A stretch of 32,000 nucleotides of DNA, taken from positions 3,180,001 through 3,212,000 of the forward strand of contig NC_022349.1 of assembly GCF_000354175.2 (NCBI RefSeq), read 5' to 3'. The stretch is from Vibrio alginolyticus NBRC 15630 = ATCC 17749 (GTDB taxonomy: Bacteria > Pseudomonadota > Gammaproteobacteria > Enterobacterales > Vibrionaceae). The notes under the pieces are model-generated. The model was not told the DNA's origin. It worked only from the letters and a program-made list of their open reading frames with translations, and did not search any database. This document shows positions 1 through 10,340 of this stretch, piece by piece. Numbering within the stretch: position 1 is the first letter of the stretch; each line of letters starts with the position of its first letter. The position numbers and the translations under genes were made by a program.

Positions 1-251
1 ATGCGGCACTGAAATACGTAGACAGCCACCGCGCAGAGCTAGGTGCATTCCAGAACCGTTTCAACCACGCAATCAGCAACTTGGACAACATTAACGAGAA
101 CGTGAATGCGTCGAAGAGCCGTATCAAAGATACAGATTTCGCGAAAGAAACGACGGCAATGACCAAATCACAAATTCTATCGCAAGCGTCAAGCTCAATC
201 CTTGCGCAAGCGAAACAAGCGCCTAACTCAGCGCTAAGTCTGCTAGGTTAA
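1..251 (+). CDS. flagellin, C-terminal fragment (gene begins upstream of the window)
   Basis: The frame starting at nt 3 reads [82 protein letters not shown], then TAA at 249-251. This is the conserved flagellin C-terminal D1/D0 segment, and a hairpin terminator follows. Confidence 0.9.
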   Translation, partial: AALKYVDSHRAELGAFQNRFNHAISNLDNINENVNASKSRIKDTDFAKETTAMTKSQILSQASSSILAQAKQAPNSALSLLG

Positions 252-275
252 TCAATTTAACAAAGCAAGAAACCA

Positions 276-301
276 AAGCCAGGCTCATCCCTGGCTTTTT
301 G
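276..301 (+). terminator. rho-independent terminator after the first flagellin gene
   Basis: Stem AAGCCAGG (276-283) pairs with CCTGGCTT (290-297) around a 6-nt loop, and the stem runs into a T5 tract. Confidence 0.8.
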
Positions 302-367
302 CTTATTGGCTATAACGATTCAGATGTGTCCTGACAGTATGTTCGATAAGGCATTCATATCGATTAG

Positions 368-1492
368 ATGATCTCTTTAAATTCCAATGTTTCTGCGATG
401 GTGGCGCAGAGACACCTGAGTCAAGCAGCTGCGCAAAATGTTGAGTCACAACGCAACCTAACTTCGGGGTTTCGAATCAACTCGGCGAGCGATGATGCGG
501 CAGGTTTACAGATATCGAATACTCTCCATGTACAAACGAGAGGGCTTGATGTCGCCTTAAGAAATGCGCACGACGCTTTTTCTGTTGCTCAAACAGCGGA
601 GGGAGCATTGCACGAAAGCAGTGACATATTGCAACGCTTACGCTCTCTGGGGCTTCAAGCAGCAAACGGCAGTTATGACTCAAGTGATCGGCAAAGTATT
701 CAATATGAGGTCGTAGCGCTGCAAGATGAGCTTGATCGTGTCGCGATCACGACAACATTTGCGGATAAAAACCTGTTTGATGGATCTTACGGTTCACAAA
801 GTTTCCATATTGGCGCGAACGCTAATTCAATCTCTTTGACGTTACGTAACATGCGTAGCCATATCCCAGAGATGGGAGGGCAGCATTATGTTGGTGATGC
901 GGTCGATAAAGATTGGCGAGTCACTAAAGATAACCAAACCCTAAAAGTCGAATACCAAGACAGTAAAGGGCAAACCCAAACGGAATCCATTGGACTCAAA
1001 TTGGGTGACCGCATAGAACAGGTCGCCACTTACATCAATGCTCAACAATCGATAGTGAATGCTTCAGTAACGGAAAACAACGAACTGCAATTCTTCGCTT
1101 CTACGATGAAGGCGCCAGAGGGTGTGGTTCTCGAAGGGAGTTTAGCGGATGAGCTTGATGTGAGCGCTGGTCAATTAGTCACAATGGATGACATCGATAT
1201 GTCGACGGCAGGTAAGGCGCAGCTTTCAATTGGGGTGATTGATGCAGCAATTAAGTATGTTGATTCGCACCGGAGTGAAATTGGCAGCTTTCAGAACCGT
1301 GTAAACGGCTCGATGGATAACTTAAATACTGTGAATCGGAGTGTTACAGAATCCAAGAGTCGAATAAGAGATACAGACTTCGCAAGAGAATCTACGGAAA
1401 TGGTGCGTTCTCAAGTGCTCCAAGATGCGACAACTGCATTACTCGCTCAAGCGAAGCAAAGGCAGAGTTCGGCACTTGGATTACTTAGCTGA
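368..1492 (+). CDS. flagellin (divergent paralogue, second gene of a tandem flagellin pair)
   Basis: 374 aa. The N-terminus NSNVSAMVAQRHL...INSASDDAAGLQISN...AQTAEGAL...ILQRLRSLGLQAANGS and the C-terminus HRSEIGSFQNRVNGSMDNLNTVNRSVTESKSRIRDTDFARESTEMVRSQVLQDATTALLAQAKQ are the flagellin N and C domains. The length is typical of Vibrio polar flagellins. Confidence 0.92.
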   Translation: MISLNSNVSAMVAQRHLSQAAAQNVESQRNLTSGFRINSASDDAAGLQISNTLHVQTRGLDVALRNAHDAFSVAQTAEGALHESSDILQRLRSLGLQAANGSYDSSDRQSIQYEVVALQDELDRVAITTTFADKNLFDGSYGSQSFHIGANANSISLTLRNMRSHIPEMGGQHYVGDAVDKDWRVTKDNQTLKVEYQDSKGQTQTESIGLKLGDRIEQVATYINAQQSIVNASVTENNELQFFASTMKAPEGVVLEGSLADELDVSAGQLVTMDDIDMSTAGKAQLSIGVIDAAIKYVDSHRSEIGSFQNRVNGSMDNLNTVNRSVTESKSRIRDTDFARESTEMVRSQVLQDATTALLAQAKQRQSSALGLLS

Positions 1493-1538
1493 GCGGATTT
1501 CATTGATGTAAGTCGATCAGAAACAAAATTTCAGGTAA

Positions 1539-1569
1539 TAAAAAACGCTGCCAATGGCAGCGTTTTTTC
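1539..1569. terminator. bidirectional rho-independent terminator shared by the convergent flagellin gene and crr
   Basis: AAAAAA-CGCTGCC-aat-GGCAGCG-TTTTTT. There is an A-run on one side of the hairpin and a T-run on the other. Confidence 0.85.
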
Positions 1570-1588
1570 GTGTTCGATTAAGTAAAAA

Positions 1589-2098
1589 TTACTTAGTTAC
1601 ACGTAGAACTGGAGTTTCACCAACAGTTACAGAACCAGAAAGCTTGTTTAGCTCTTTGATTTCGTCCATGTTAGAGATAACAACTGGAGTTAGCGTTGAC
1701 TTCGCTTTCTCTTCTAGAAGAGCTAGATCGAATTCAATTACAGTGTCGCCAGCTTTAACAGTTTGACCTTCTTCAGCGATACGCGTGAAGCCTTCGCCTT
1801 TTAGTTCAACTGTGTCGATACCGAAGTGAACGAAAAGCTCAACACCGTCGTCAGACTCGATAGAGAACGCGTGATTAGTTTCGAAGATCTTACCGATAGT
1901 ACCGTTTACAGGAGCTACCATTTTGTTGCCTGCTGGCTTGATAGCAATACCGTCACCAACGATTTTCTCAGCGAAAACAACATCTGGCACGTCTTCGATG
2001 TTTACAATCTCACCAGAAAGTGGCGCGATGATTTCGATAGCACCAGCGTCAGCGCTGTCATCAGATACAAGCTTCTTAAGTTTGTCAAACAGACCCAT
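1589..2098 (-). CDS. crr: PTS glucose-specific EIIA component (Crr)
   Basis: 169 aa. It starts [14 protein letters not shown] and contains the histidine region [18 protein letters not shown]. It lies directly downstream of ptsI, in the conserved ptsH-ptsI-crr operon order. Confidence 0.97.
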   Translation of the reverse strand: MGLFDKLKKLVSDDSADAGAIEIIAPLSGEIVNIEDVPDVVFAEKIVGDGIAIKPAGNKMVAPVNGTIGKIFETNHAFSIESDDGVELFVHFGIDTVELKGEGFTRIAEEGQTVKAGDTVIEFDLALLEEKAKSTLTPVVISNMDEIKELNKLSGSVTVGETPVLRVTK

Positions 2099-2157
2099 TG
2101 TGTCATGCTCCTAAGGTTTGGTTTTATTCTGTCGAATTATAGTATACCAATATAGCT

Positions 2158-2186
2158 CATTAGACGACTTTTTTCGCCGTCTAATG
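2158..2186 (-). other. intercistronic hairpin between ptsI and crr
   Basis: A 9-bp stem, CATTAGACG (2158-2166) pairing with CGTCTAATG (2178-2186), encloses an 11-nt loop. Its function (partial attenuation or mRNA stability) is inferred only. Confidence 0.4.
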
Positions 2187-2219
2187 GCCATTAAGTATTG
2201 AATTACTTGGTACTACCGA

Positions 2220-3944
2220 TTACTGAGCTTTCTCAGCAATAAACTTTTCTACCACGGCTTCGATTTCTTCTGCTGTCGGTAGAGAAAGGGCTTCTTCAGC
2301 CATTGCTTTCACTTCTGCGAAGTTAGAGTTACGAACAACTTTCTTCACTTTAGGGATTGAAATGCCGCTCATTGAGAACTCGTCCAGACCCATACCTAGA
2401 AGTAGAAGTGTTGCACGCTCGTCACCTGCAAGTTCACCACACATACCAGTCCATTTACCTTCTGCGTGAGAAGCGTCGATAACTTGCTTGATCACTGTAA
2501 GTACAGCTGGTGATAGTGGGTTGTATAGGTGAGAAATCATCTCGTTACCACGGTCAACCGCTAGCGTGTACTGAGTTAGGTCGTTTGTACCGATAGAGAA
2601 GAAAGACACTTCCTTCGCTAAGTGGTGTGCGATCGCAGCAGCAGCAGGAGTTTCAACCATAACACCGATTTCGATGTTTTCGTCGAACGCGTGGCCTTCA
2701 GCGCGTAGCTCTTCTTTGTACTCTTCGATCGCTTTCTTAAGCTCACGGATTTCTTCGACAGAGATGATCATTGGGAACATGATACGCAGTTTGCCGTGTG
2801 CAGAAGCACGTAGGATGCCACGTAGCTGATCACGAAGGATTTCACGACGATCTAGACTGATACGTACAGCACGCCAACCTAGGAATGGGTTCATCTCTTT
2901 TGGAAGATCCATGTATGGGAGATCTTTATCGCCGCCGATATCCATAGTACGGATGATCACAGCTTGACCGTTCATTGCTTCCGCAACTTCTTTGTACGCT
3001 TGGTACTGTTCTTCTTCAGTTGGTAGCGCAGTACGGTCCATAAATAGGAATTCAGTACGGTACAGACCAACACCTTCACCGCCGTTACGAAGGATACCGT
3101 CACAGTCTTTCACTGTACCGATGTTACCGCAAACTTCTACACGGTGACCGTCAGTCGTTTCTGCGTGTAGGTCTTTCAGTTTCGCTAGCTCTTCTTTTTC
3201 AGCTAGGAATGCTGCTTTAACCGCTTTCGCTTCTTCTAGCTCAGCTTCTGATGGGTTAACAACAATCTTGTTGTTCATTGCGTCAAGAATCAGCATGTCG
3301 CCATTCTTAACTTTCTTCGTGATGTCGTTAGTACCAACGATAGCTGGAAGCTCAAGTGAGCGAGCCATGATTGAAGTGTGAGATGTACGACCGCCGATAT
3401 CACAAGCAAAACCAAGCACGTAGTCTAGGTTGATTTGTGCAGTTTCAGATGGCGTTAGGTCGTAAGCAACAAGAATTACTTCTTCGTTGATATCGCTAAG
3501 CGAAACAATGTTGATGCCTAGTGCGTTCTTAACAAAACGAGAACCGATATCGCGGATGTCAGTTGCACGCTCTTTTAAGTATTCGTCGTCTAGAGACTCA
3601 AGAGCACATGCTTGCTCTTCGATCACTGAGTGGATAGCGTGATCAGCAGTCATCTTGTCGTTTTTGATAAGTGCTAGGATTTCCTCTTCTAGCTCTTCGT
3701 CTTCAAGAAGCATGATGTGACCTTCAAAGATCGCTTCTTTTTCTTCGCCAAACGTTTCAAGCGCTTTTTGCTTGATAGTTTCTAGCTGAGCTGCAGATTT
3801 GTTACGAGCGTCAAAGAAACGCTGAACTTCAGCTTCTACTTGATCGTCAGAAATAGTGTTTGTGTTTAGGACAATTTCATCTTCTTGAAGTAGTAGTGCT
3901 TTACCGATTGCAATACCAGGAGATGCTAGGATGCCTGAAATCAT
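2220..3944 (-). CDS. ptsI: phosphoenolpyruvate-protein phosphotransferase (PTS Enzyme I)
   Basis: 574 aa. It starts [19 protein letters not shown] and has the active-site His loop [21 protein letters not shown]. The C-terminal PEP-utilising domain contains GTNDLTQY and GMCGELAGD. Confidence 0.98.
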   Translation of the reverse strand: MISGILASPGIAIGKALLLQEDEIVLNTNTISDDQVEAEVQRFFDARNKSAAQLETIKQKALETFGEEKEAIFEGHIMLLEDEELEEEILALIKNDKMTADHAIHSVIEEQACALESLDDEYLKERATDIRDIGSRFVKNALGINIVSLSDINEEVILVAYDLTPSETAQINLDYVLGFACDIGGRTSHTSIMARSLELPAIVGTNDITKKVKNGDMLILDAMNNKIVVNPSEAELEEAKAVKAAFLAEKEELAKLKDLHAETTDGHRVEVCGNIGTVKDCDGILRNGGEGVGLYRTEFLFMDRTALPTEEEQYQAYKEVAEAMNGQAVIIRTMDIGGDKDLPYMDLPKEMNPFLGWRAVRISLDRREILRDQLRGILRASAHGKLRIMFPMIISVEEIRELKKAIEEYKEELRAEGHAFDENIEIGVMVETPAAAAIAHHLAKEVSFFSIGTNDLTQYTLAVDRGNEMISHLYNPLSPAVLTVIKQVIDASHAEGKWTGMCGELAGDERATLLLLGMGLDEFSMSGISIPKVKKVVRNSNFAEVKAMAEEALSLPTAEEIEAVVEKFIAEKAQ

Positions 3945-4037
3945 AGCCTTACCTTAAGTTTGGTCAACTTTATAAAACGGGAGAATAATGGGTGCGCTAA
4001 CGAATAGTTTTAGCTTAGTTTTGAGCCTATTTCCAAC

Positions 4038-4067
4038 GAAGCCATTTTGCTTTCACAAAATGGCTTC
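4038..4067 (-). other. perfect 12-bp hairpin between ptsH and ptsI
   Basis: GAAGCCATTTTG (4038-4049) pairs with CAAAATGGCTTC (4056-4067) around a 6-nt loop. No U-tract follows on the minus strand, so it is probably an mRNA processing or stability element rather than a full terminator. Confidence 0.5.
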
Positions 4068-4084
4068 TGGAGTAGGAGACCGGA

Positions 4085-4342
4085 TTAGTGTAGTTGGTCC
4101 ATTAGAGCAACTAGGTGGTCAACTGCTTGCTGAGCTTGTGGGCCTTCAGCAGAAATAGTAACTTGAGTACCTTTTACTAGGCCTAGTGTTTGTAGTTTGA
4201 ACAGGCTCTTAGCGCTAGCGCTTTTACCGTTAGAAGTCACAGTGATGTCTGCGTCGAATGCTTTTGCTTCTTTAACAAACTGTGCAGCTGGACGAGTGTG
4301 AAGGCCGTTTTCTGCTGTGATTTCTACTTGCTTCTCGTACAT
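4085..4342 (-). CDS. ptsH: phosphocarrier protein HPr
   Basis: 85 aa. It reads [27 protein letters not shown], which includes the His15 motif, and [17 protein letters not shown], which is the Ser46 region. Confidence 0.98.
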   Translation of the reverse strand: MYEKQVEITAENGLHTRPAAQFVKEAKAFDADITVTSNGKSASAKSLFKLQTLGLVKGTQVTISAEGPQAQQAVDHLVALMDQLH

Positions 4343-4589
4343 GTGATATACCCCAATAAATGTATTTTTTTGTTAGTTTGTGACCAGATTTTAGCTTAAC
4401 TGCTTTACATCTTGTGCGCTAGCACGGGAAGAGTTCAAAGCGCGTCAGTTCTGATACTAGTCAAAAGTTTGGTAACTACGCAACTGTTTGCGTGCGTAAT
4501 CACTTTGAAACCTTTTTGTGTTCTGCTTCTTTATTTTGAAGCTAGAAATAAAACACCCTGATATTACCAAAGGTAGGGCAGGGATCAAC

Positions 4590-4617
4590 AAAAAAGCCCC
4601 TAAACGGGGCTTTTTTA
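4590..4617 (-). terminator. rho-independent terminator of cysK
   Basis: The minus strand reads AAAAAAGCCCCgtttaGGGGCTTTTTT, starting 26 nt after the cysK stop. Confidence 0.85.
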
Positions 4618-4642
4618 AACTAAAAATTGATTTGAACACATA

Positions 4643-5611
4643 TTATTGTTGGTTCTCTTTTTCGGTAAAGATACCTGCAAAGAGTGCTGTACTTAGGTAA
4701 CGCTCACCGGAACTTGGCAAGACAGTTACAATTGTTTTTCCTTCAAATTCAGGTAGTTCTGCAAGTCGGTTCGCTGCAACAACCGCTGCGCCAGATGAGA
4801 TACCAGCTAGGATACCTTCCTCTTCCATTAGGCGACGAGCCATCTCAATCGCTTCTTCTGAGGTAACTTGCTCAACACGGTCAATAATGTCTAAATCGAG
4901 GTTACCAGGGATGAAACCAGCACCGATACCTTGAATTTTGTGTGGGGCAGGTTGGATTTCTTCGCCAGCAAGTGCTTGTGCAATAACCGGAGACTCTGCT
5001 GGCTCAACTGCAACAGAAGTGATGGCTTTGCCTTTTTCACCTTTGATGTAACGGCTTGTACCTGTGATAGTACCGCCCGTACCAACACCAGCAACGAATA
5101 CGTCGATTTCACCGTCTGTCGCTTCCCAAATCTCAGGGCCCGTAGTCTTTTCGTGGATTTCTGGGTTCGCTGGGTTGTCAAATTGTTGAAGAAGTAGGTA
5201 CTTCTCAGGGTTGCTTGCTACGATTTCTTCTGCTTTAGCAATCGCCCCTTTCATGCCTTTCGCCGCTTCAGTCAGCTCAAGGTTCGCGCCTAGTGCTTTT
5301 AGTAGCTTACGGCGTTCTAGGCTCATTGATTCAGGCATGGTCAATGTTAGCTTGTAACCGCGAGCAGCCGCTACGAATGCTAGAGCAACACCTGTGTTAC
5401 CACTGGTAGGTTCTACAAGCTCTACACCTGGCTTAAGAAGGCCCGCTTTCTCTGCTTCCCAAATCATGTTTGCACCGATACGGCACTTAACACTGAAGCT
5501 AGGGTTACGCGCTTCAATTTTCGCGAGAACTTTGCCTTTACTTACTTTGTTTAGACGAACGAGAGGTGTATTACCAATAGTAAGAGAGTTATCTTCGTAG
5601 ATTTTGCTCAT
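4643..5611 (-). CDS. cysK: cysteine synthase A (O-acetylserine sulfhydrylase)
   Basis: 322 aa. It starts [21 protein letters not shown] and has the PLP-lysine motif NPSFSVKCR, the SGNTG loop and [10 protein letters not shown]. It sits next to ptsHI-crr, as in enterobacteria. Confidence 0.97.
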   Translation of the reverse strand: MSKIYEDNSLTIGNTPLVRLNKVSKGKVLAKIEARNPSFSVKCRIGANMIWEAEKAGLLKPGVELVEPTSGNTGVALAFVAAARGYKLTLTMPESMSLERRKLLKALGANLELTEAAKGMKGAIAKAEEIVASNPEKYLLLQQFDNPANPEIHEKTTGPEIWEATDGEIDVFVAGVGTGGTITGTSRYIKGEKGKAITSVAVEPAESPVIAQALAGEEIQPAPHKIQGIGAGFIPGNLDLDIIDRVEQVTSEEAIEMARRLMEEEGILAGISSGAAVVAANRLAELPEFEGKTIVTVLPSSGERYLSTALFAGIFTEKENQQ

Positions 5612-5723
5612 AGTGATGTTCCTTCATTACACGTTGTGTGAATATGGATAGAAGAATATGCGGTATGAAAAAAAGGGAAAAGGATTAAAAAGTTATATCT
5701 TATTAGGTTGGCCCAGAACTTGA

Positions 5724-5760
5724 TAAAAGAAAAGGGAAAAGCTGGCGCTGATCCCTTTCC
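5724..5760 (-). terminator. rho-independent terminator of cysZ
   Basis: The minus strand reads AAAGGGA-tcagcgccagctt-TCCCTTT followed by TCTTTT, starting about 16 nt after the cysZ stop. Confidence 0.6.
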
Positions 5761-5775
5761 TTAATCTCTAATCGA

Positions 5776-6552
5776 CTATCGTTGGTGCTTAAACTCCGCG
5801 ACCCACATAGCGGTTGCACCACATATTGCTACAGGCATGACAATGAGGTTCAAAATTGGGATCGTCGTAAATACAGACACCAATACCCCAAAGCCATAGG
5901 CCTTACCTTGCTTTTGTTTCAATTTGTAACGCATGTTGTTAAATGGGATTTTGTGGTTATCAAACGGGTAGTCACAATATTGAATCGCGAGCATCCAGGC
6001 GGTAAAGATAAACCATAAAAATGGGCCTACTGTTTGTCCAAGGGCAGGGATGAGCAATAACAGGAATAGGCCTATTGCTTTAGGTAAAATGTAAAGGAGC
6101 TTTCTCCACTCACGAGCTAAAACGCGAGGAACATCTTTCAGGACGGCAGTGAAACCATCATCATTTACTTTTTGTCCCGTTAAGTACTCTTCCACTTTTT
6201 CAGCCAAGAGGCCATTGAATGGCGCGGCGATAAAGTTCGCGAGCGTGCTGAAAAAATAGGAGAAGGTAGCGAGTATCGTTAGAGCGAGTAAAGGCCAAAG
6301 AATGTAAGTTAACCAGGATAAAAACTCAGGCAGCTGCCCAATCCAGCCTTCTATCCATATATTAAGGTTTGAAAATAGATAGAAGATGGCACCACCTACA
6401 AGCAAGATATTTGCAAGTAGAGGTAAGATGACAAAGCGCCTGATTTTAGGAGCTAGTGCCAATTGTATCCCGTATAGAAAATAACCGAACCCGGTTCTCT
6501 GCTGATTGTTTTTCTTCATGTCTATTTTGGCTTCGTGTAAATGAAAACTCAT
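5776..6552 (-). CDS. cysZ: sulfate transporter CysZ
   Basis: 258 aa. IRRFVILPLLANILL, AAPFNGLLAEKVE, LAIQYCDYPFDNHKIPF and MPVAICGATAMWV match E. coli CysZ almost position for position. An alternative start at Met12 (6519) would give an N-terminus of E. coli-like length. Confidence 0.93.
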   Translation of the reverse strand: MSFHLHEAKIDMKKNNQQRTGFGYFLYGIQLALAPKIRRFVILPLLANILLVGGAIFYLFSNLNIWIEGWIGQLPEFLSWLTYILWPLLALTILATFSYFFSTLANFIAAPFNGLLAEKVEEYLTGQKVNDDGFTAVLKDVPRVLAREWRKLLYILPKAIGLFLLLLIPALGQTVGPFLWFIFTAWMLAIQYCDYPFDNHKIPFNNMRYKLKQKQGKAYGFGVLVSVFTTIPILNLIVMPVAICGATAMWVAEFKHQR

Positions 6553-6770
6553 TGTACCTGTGAGGACTTTTCTTTCAAAGCCCTGACAAATGACGTCTTG
6601 TTAAGTGGAATCGTGGCAAGAATCACAACAAAAAACGGAACTTCTTGCATTAAGTTGTTCTAAATCTACATATAGTTTTGGTAAAGTAAACGTATCATTC
6701 AGATTTATTGCACTTGGGTTGCTGCTCAAGGAACTGCGAGTAGTAAAAACAAGTATATTGAGAGTAAATA

Positions 6771-7727
6771 ATGCAGGAATTGCGATTCGTACTCATTGTT
6801 GTTGGCGCATTAGCCATCGCGGCATTACTGTTTCATGGTTTATGGAGCAGTAAAAAAGAAGGCAAAGCAAAGTTTGGTAACAAGCCACTTGGTAAGCTGG
6901 ATGTTGACCAAGAAGACAAAAATGATCTTGTTGAGAAAGAACGAGATTTCGCTCCCGCTCCTGAAGATGACTTTGAGATCATTCGCAAAGATCGCAAAGA
7001 ACCAGATTTTGGGATGGCGAGTTCTTTCGACAACAAGTTTGAATCTGACCCGTTATTCGGTGGTCCATCTGAAGTCAAACAGACGCAGCAGGAGCCGGAT
7101 GACATCCCTTCATTTGTTGCAGAAAAAGATAAAGAAGAGGACGTTGAGCCTGTTGTTCAAGCAACAGTAGCTGAAGAGCCATTCCAGCCTGCTGTGGAAG
7201 AAGAAGTTATTCCCGCCGCGTTTGATATTACGGAGAAAGAACAGCAAGTCGAAACGGTTAGTGAGCCTGTCGTTGCAGAGCCTAAGGAAGAGCCAAAGCC
7301 AGAACCTGAAATGCAAGTGATTGTATTGAATGTGCACTGTGCTGGTGAAGAGCCATTTGTTGGTACTGCTTTATTTGAAAGTATGCAACAAAACGGTCTA
7401 ATTTATGGCGAGATGGATATTTTCCATCGTCATGTCGACTTGTCCGGTAACGGCAAAGTGCTGTTTAGCGTCGCTAATATGATGCACCCTGGTACGTTTG
7501 AACATGCTGATCCTGCTGAGTTTACAACGAAGGGTATTTCATTCTTCATGACATTGCCTTGTTATGGCGAGGCTGAACAGAACTTCAACTTAATGCTCCG
7601 AACTGCGCAGCAAATTGCTGATGACTTAGGTGGTAACGTACTTGATGACCAGCGCAACTTAATGACGCCAGATCGTTTAGCATCTTATCGACGTCAAATA
7701 GTTGAGTTTAATGCCGCTAACGCATAA
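6771..7727 (+). CDS. zipA: cell division protein ZipA
   Basis: 318 aa. It has an N-terminal TM helix ([25 protein letters not shown]), a charged E/P/K-rich linker and a C-terminal FtsZ-binding domain (VIVLNVHC...GEMDIFHRH...[12 protein letters not shown]). It lies directly upstream of ligA, as in E. coli and V. cholerae. Confidence 0.95.
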   Translation: MQELRFVLIVVGALAIAALLFHGLWSSKKEGKAKFGNKPLGKLDVDQEDKNDLVEKERDFAPAPEDDFEIIRKDRKEPDFGMASSFDNKFESDPLFGGPSEVKQTQQEPDDIPSFVAEKDKEEDVEPVVQATVAEEPFQPAVEEEVIPAAFDITEKEQQVETVSEPVVAEPKEEPKPEPEMQVIVLNVHCAGEEPFVGTALFESMQQNGLIYGEMDIFHRHVDLSGNGKVLFSVANMMHPGTFEHADPAEFTTKGISFFMTLPCYGEAEQNFNLMLRTAQQIADDLGGNVLDDQRNLMTPDRLASYRRQIVEFNAANA

Positions 7728-7733
7728 TCTTAA

Positions 7734-9830
<2,097 letters not shown>

Positions 9831-9860
9831 GTCTTCTCAAAAAAGCTAAAAAATAACTAA

Positions 9861-9893
9861 AAGCCCCGTATGGTAAGCATGCGGGGCTTTTTC
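9861..9893 (+). terminator. rho-independent terminator of ligA
   Basis: AGCCCCG...CGGGGCT stem followed by TTTTC. Confidence 0.8.
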
Positions 9894-10340
9894 TTGTTCA
9901 TAATTAAGTGTTTTTTTATTGAGTAATTGATGCCTTTGTTCTTTTCAGTGATCAAGATCGAACCTTGGGGTATTGGTTTTTTTGGCTTTTTTAGTCTGCG
10001 AGTGACTTCAAGTTGATACTTTCAGGCTAGATTTAAATGTTTGATTTTAAATGATATTTTGTTGAGTTGTGTTGGTGTTGTTAAAAATAAGATCTGGATC
10101 AATAAGTTATATGGAACTTTGGAGTGGCTCATATTTTTTTAGAAAAAAAATAAGTTCCATTTGGATGTTTTTAGCTGCGAAGTTAGTCTTAATCACGTGG
10201 ATACACGGTGTGTATGCAGGAACTAAAAAAAGCCAAATTAGAAATAATGAGGTTTGATCAGGAATTTACTTCTCTCCTTCGGCGGCCAACTAAAGGTGAG
10301 ATAGAAAAATACAGCTATATCCATTTTTAGGAGTTTTTCC
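9894..10340 (+). promoter_or_regulatory. long AT-rich upstream/leader region of the porin gene
   Basis: About 450 bp with no credible ORF. It contains the nested palindrome ATGGAACTT...AAGTTCCAT (10111-10160) and the SD TAGGAG at 10328-10333. The promoter itself is not located. Confidence 0.4.

Noticed and set aside
302-367. Sigma28 or sigma54 promoter upstream of the second flagellin gene
   Set aside because: Only a partial TCGATAA -10-like element (343-349) is present, without a correctly spaced TAAA -35. The TGGC at 307-310 lacks a GC at the -12 spacing. This is not enough to call a promoter.
477-683. Antisense or alternative-frame ORFs inside confirmed genes, for example:
- 477-683
- 1554-2155 (three ORFs opposite crr)
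- 4684-5600 (opposite cysK)
- 6833-7337 (within zipA)
- 7886-9475 (within ligA)
- 14277-15702 (within bcsG)
- 16157-17412 (within bcsE)
- 19479-21550 (within bcsA)
- 22322-22686, 23451-24030 and 24566-25587
- 27603-28143
- 31063-31885
   Set aside because: All are shadow ORFs within strongly supported genes. They lack SD sequences and show biased, low-complexity or Ser/Arg/Leu-rich composition typical of non-coding frames.
4457-4639. 60-aa minus-strand ORF with a lipobox-like LVISGC between cysK and ptsH
   Set aside because: Its N-terminal codons are the cysK terminator hairpin and U-tract (4590-4617), and it has no SD. It lies in the expected ptsH promoter region, so it is most likely a chance ORF.
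6605-6853. 82-aa plus-strand ORF spanning the cysZ-zipA spacer and the zipA start
   Set aside because: It overlaps the zipA start in another frame, has no SD and covers the divergent promoter region. The zipA assignment is strongly supported.
9894-10340. c-di-GMP (GEMM) or other riboswitch in the porin leader, and the ORFs 10069-10257 (+) and 10238-10498 (-)
   Set aside because: I saw no GEMM-like conserved core (paired GNRA-loop/receptor hairpins with ACGCAAAGC-type strands). The two ORFs have no SD, are AT-driven, and one runs antisense into the porin start.
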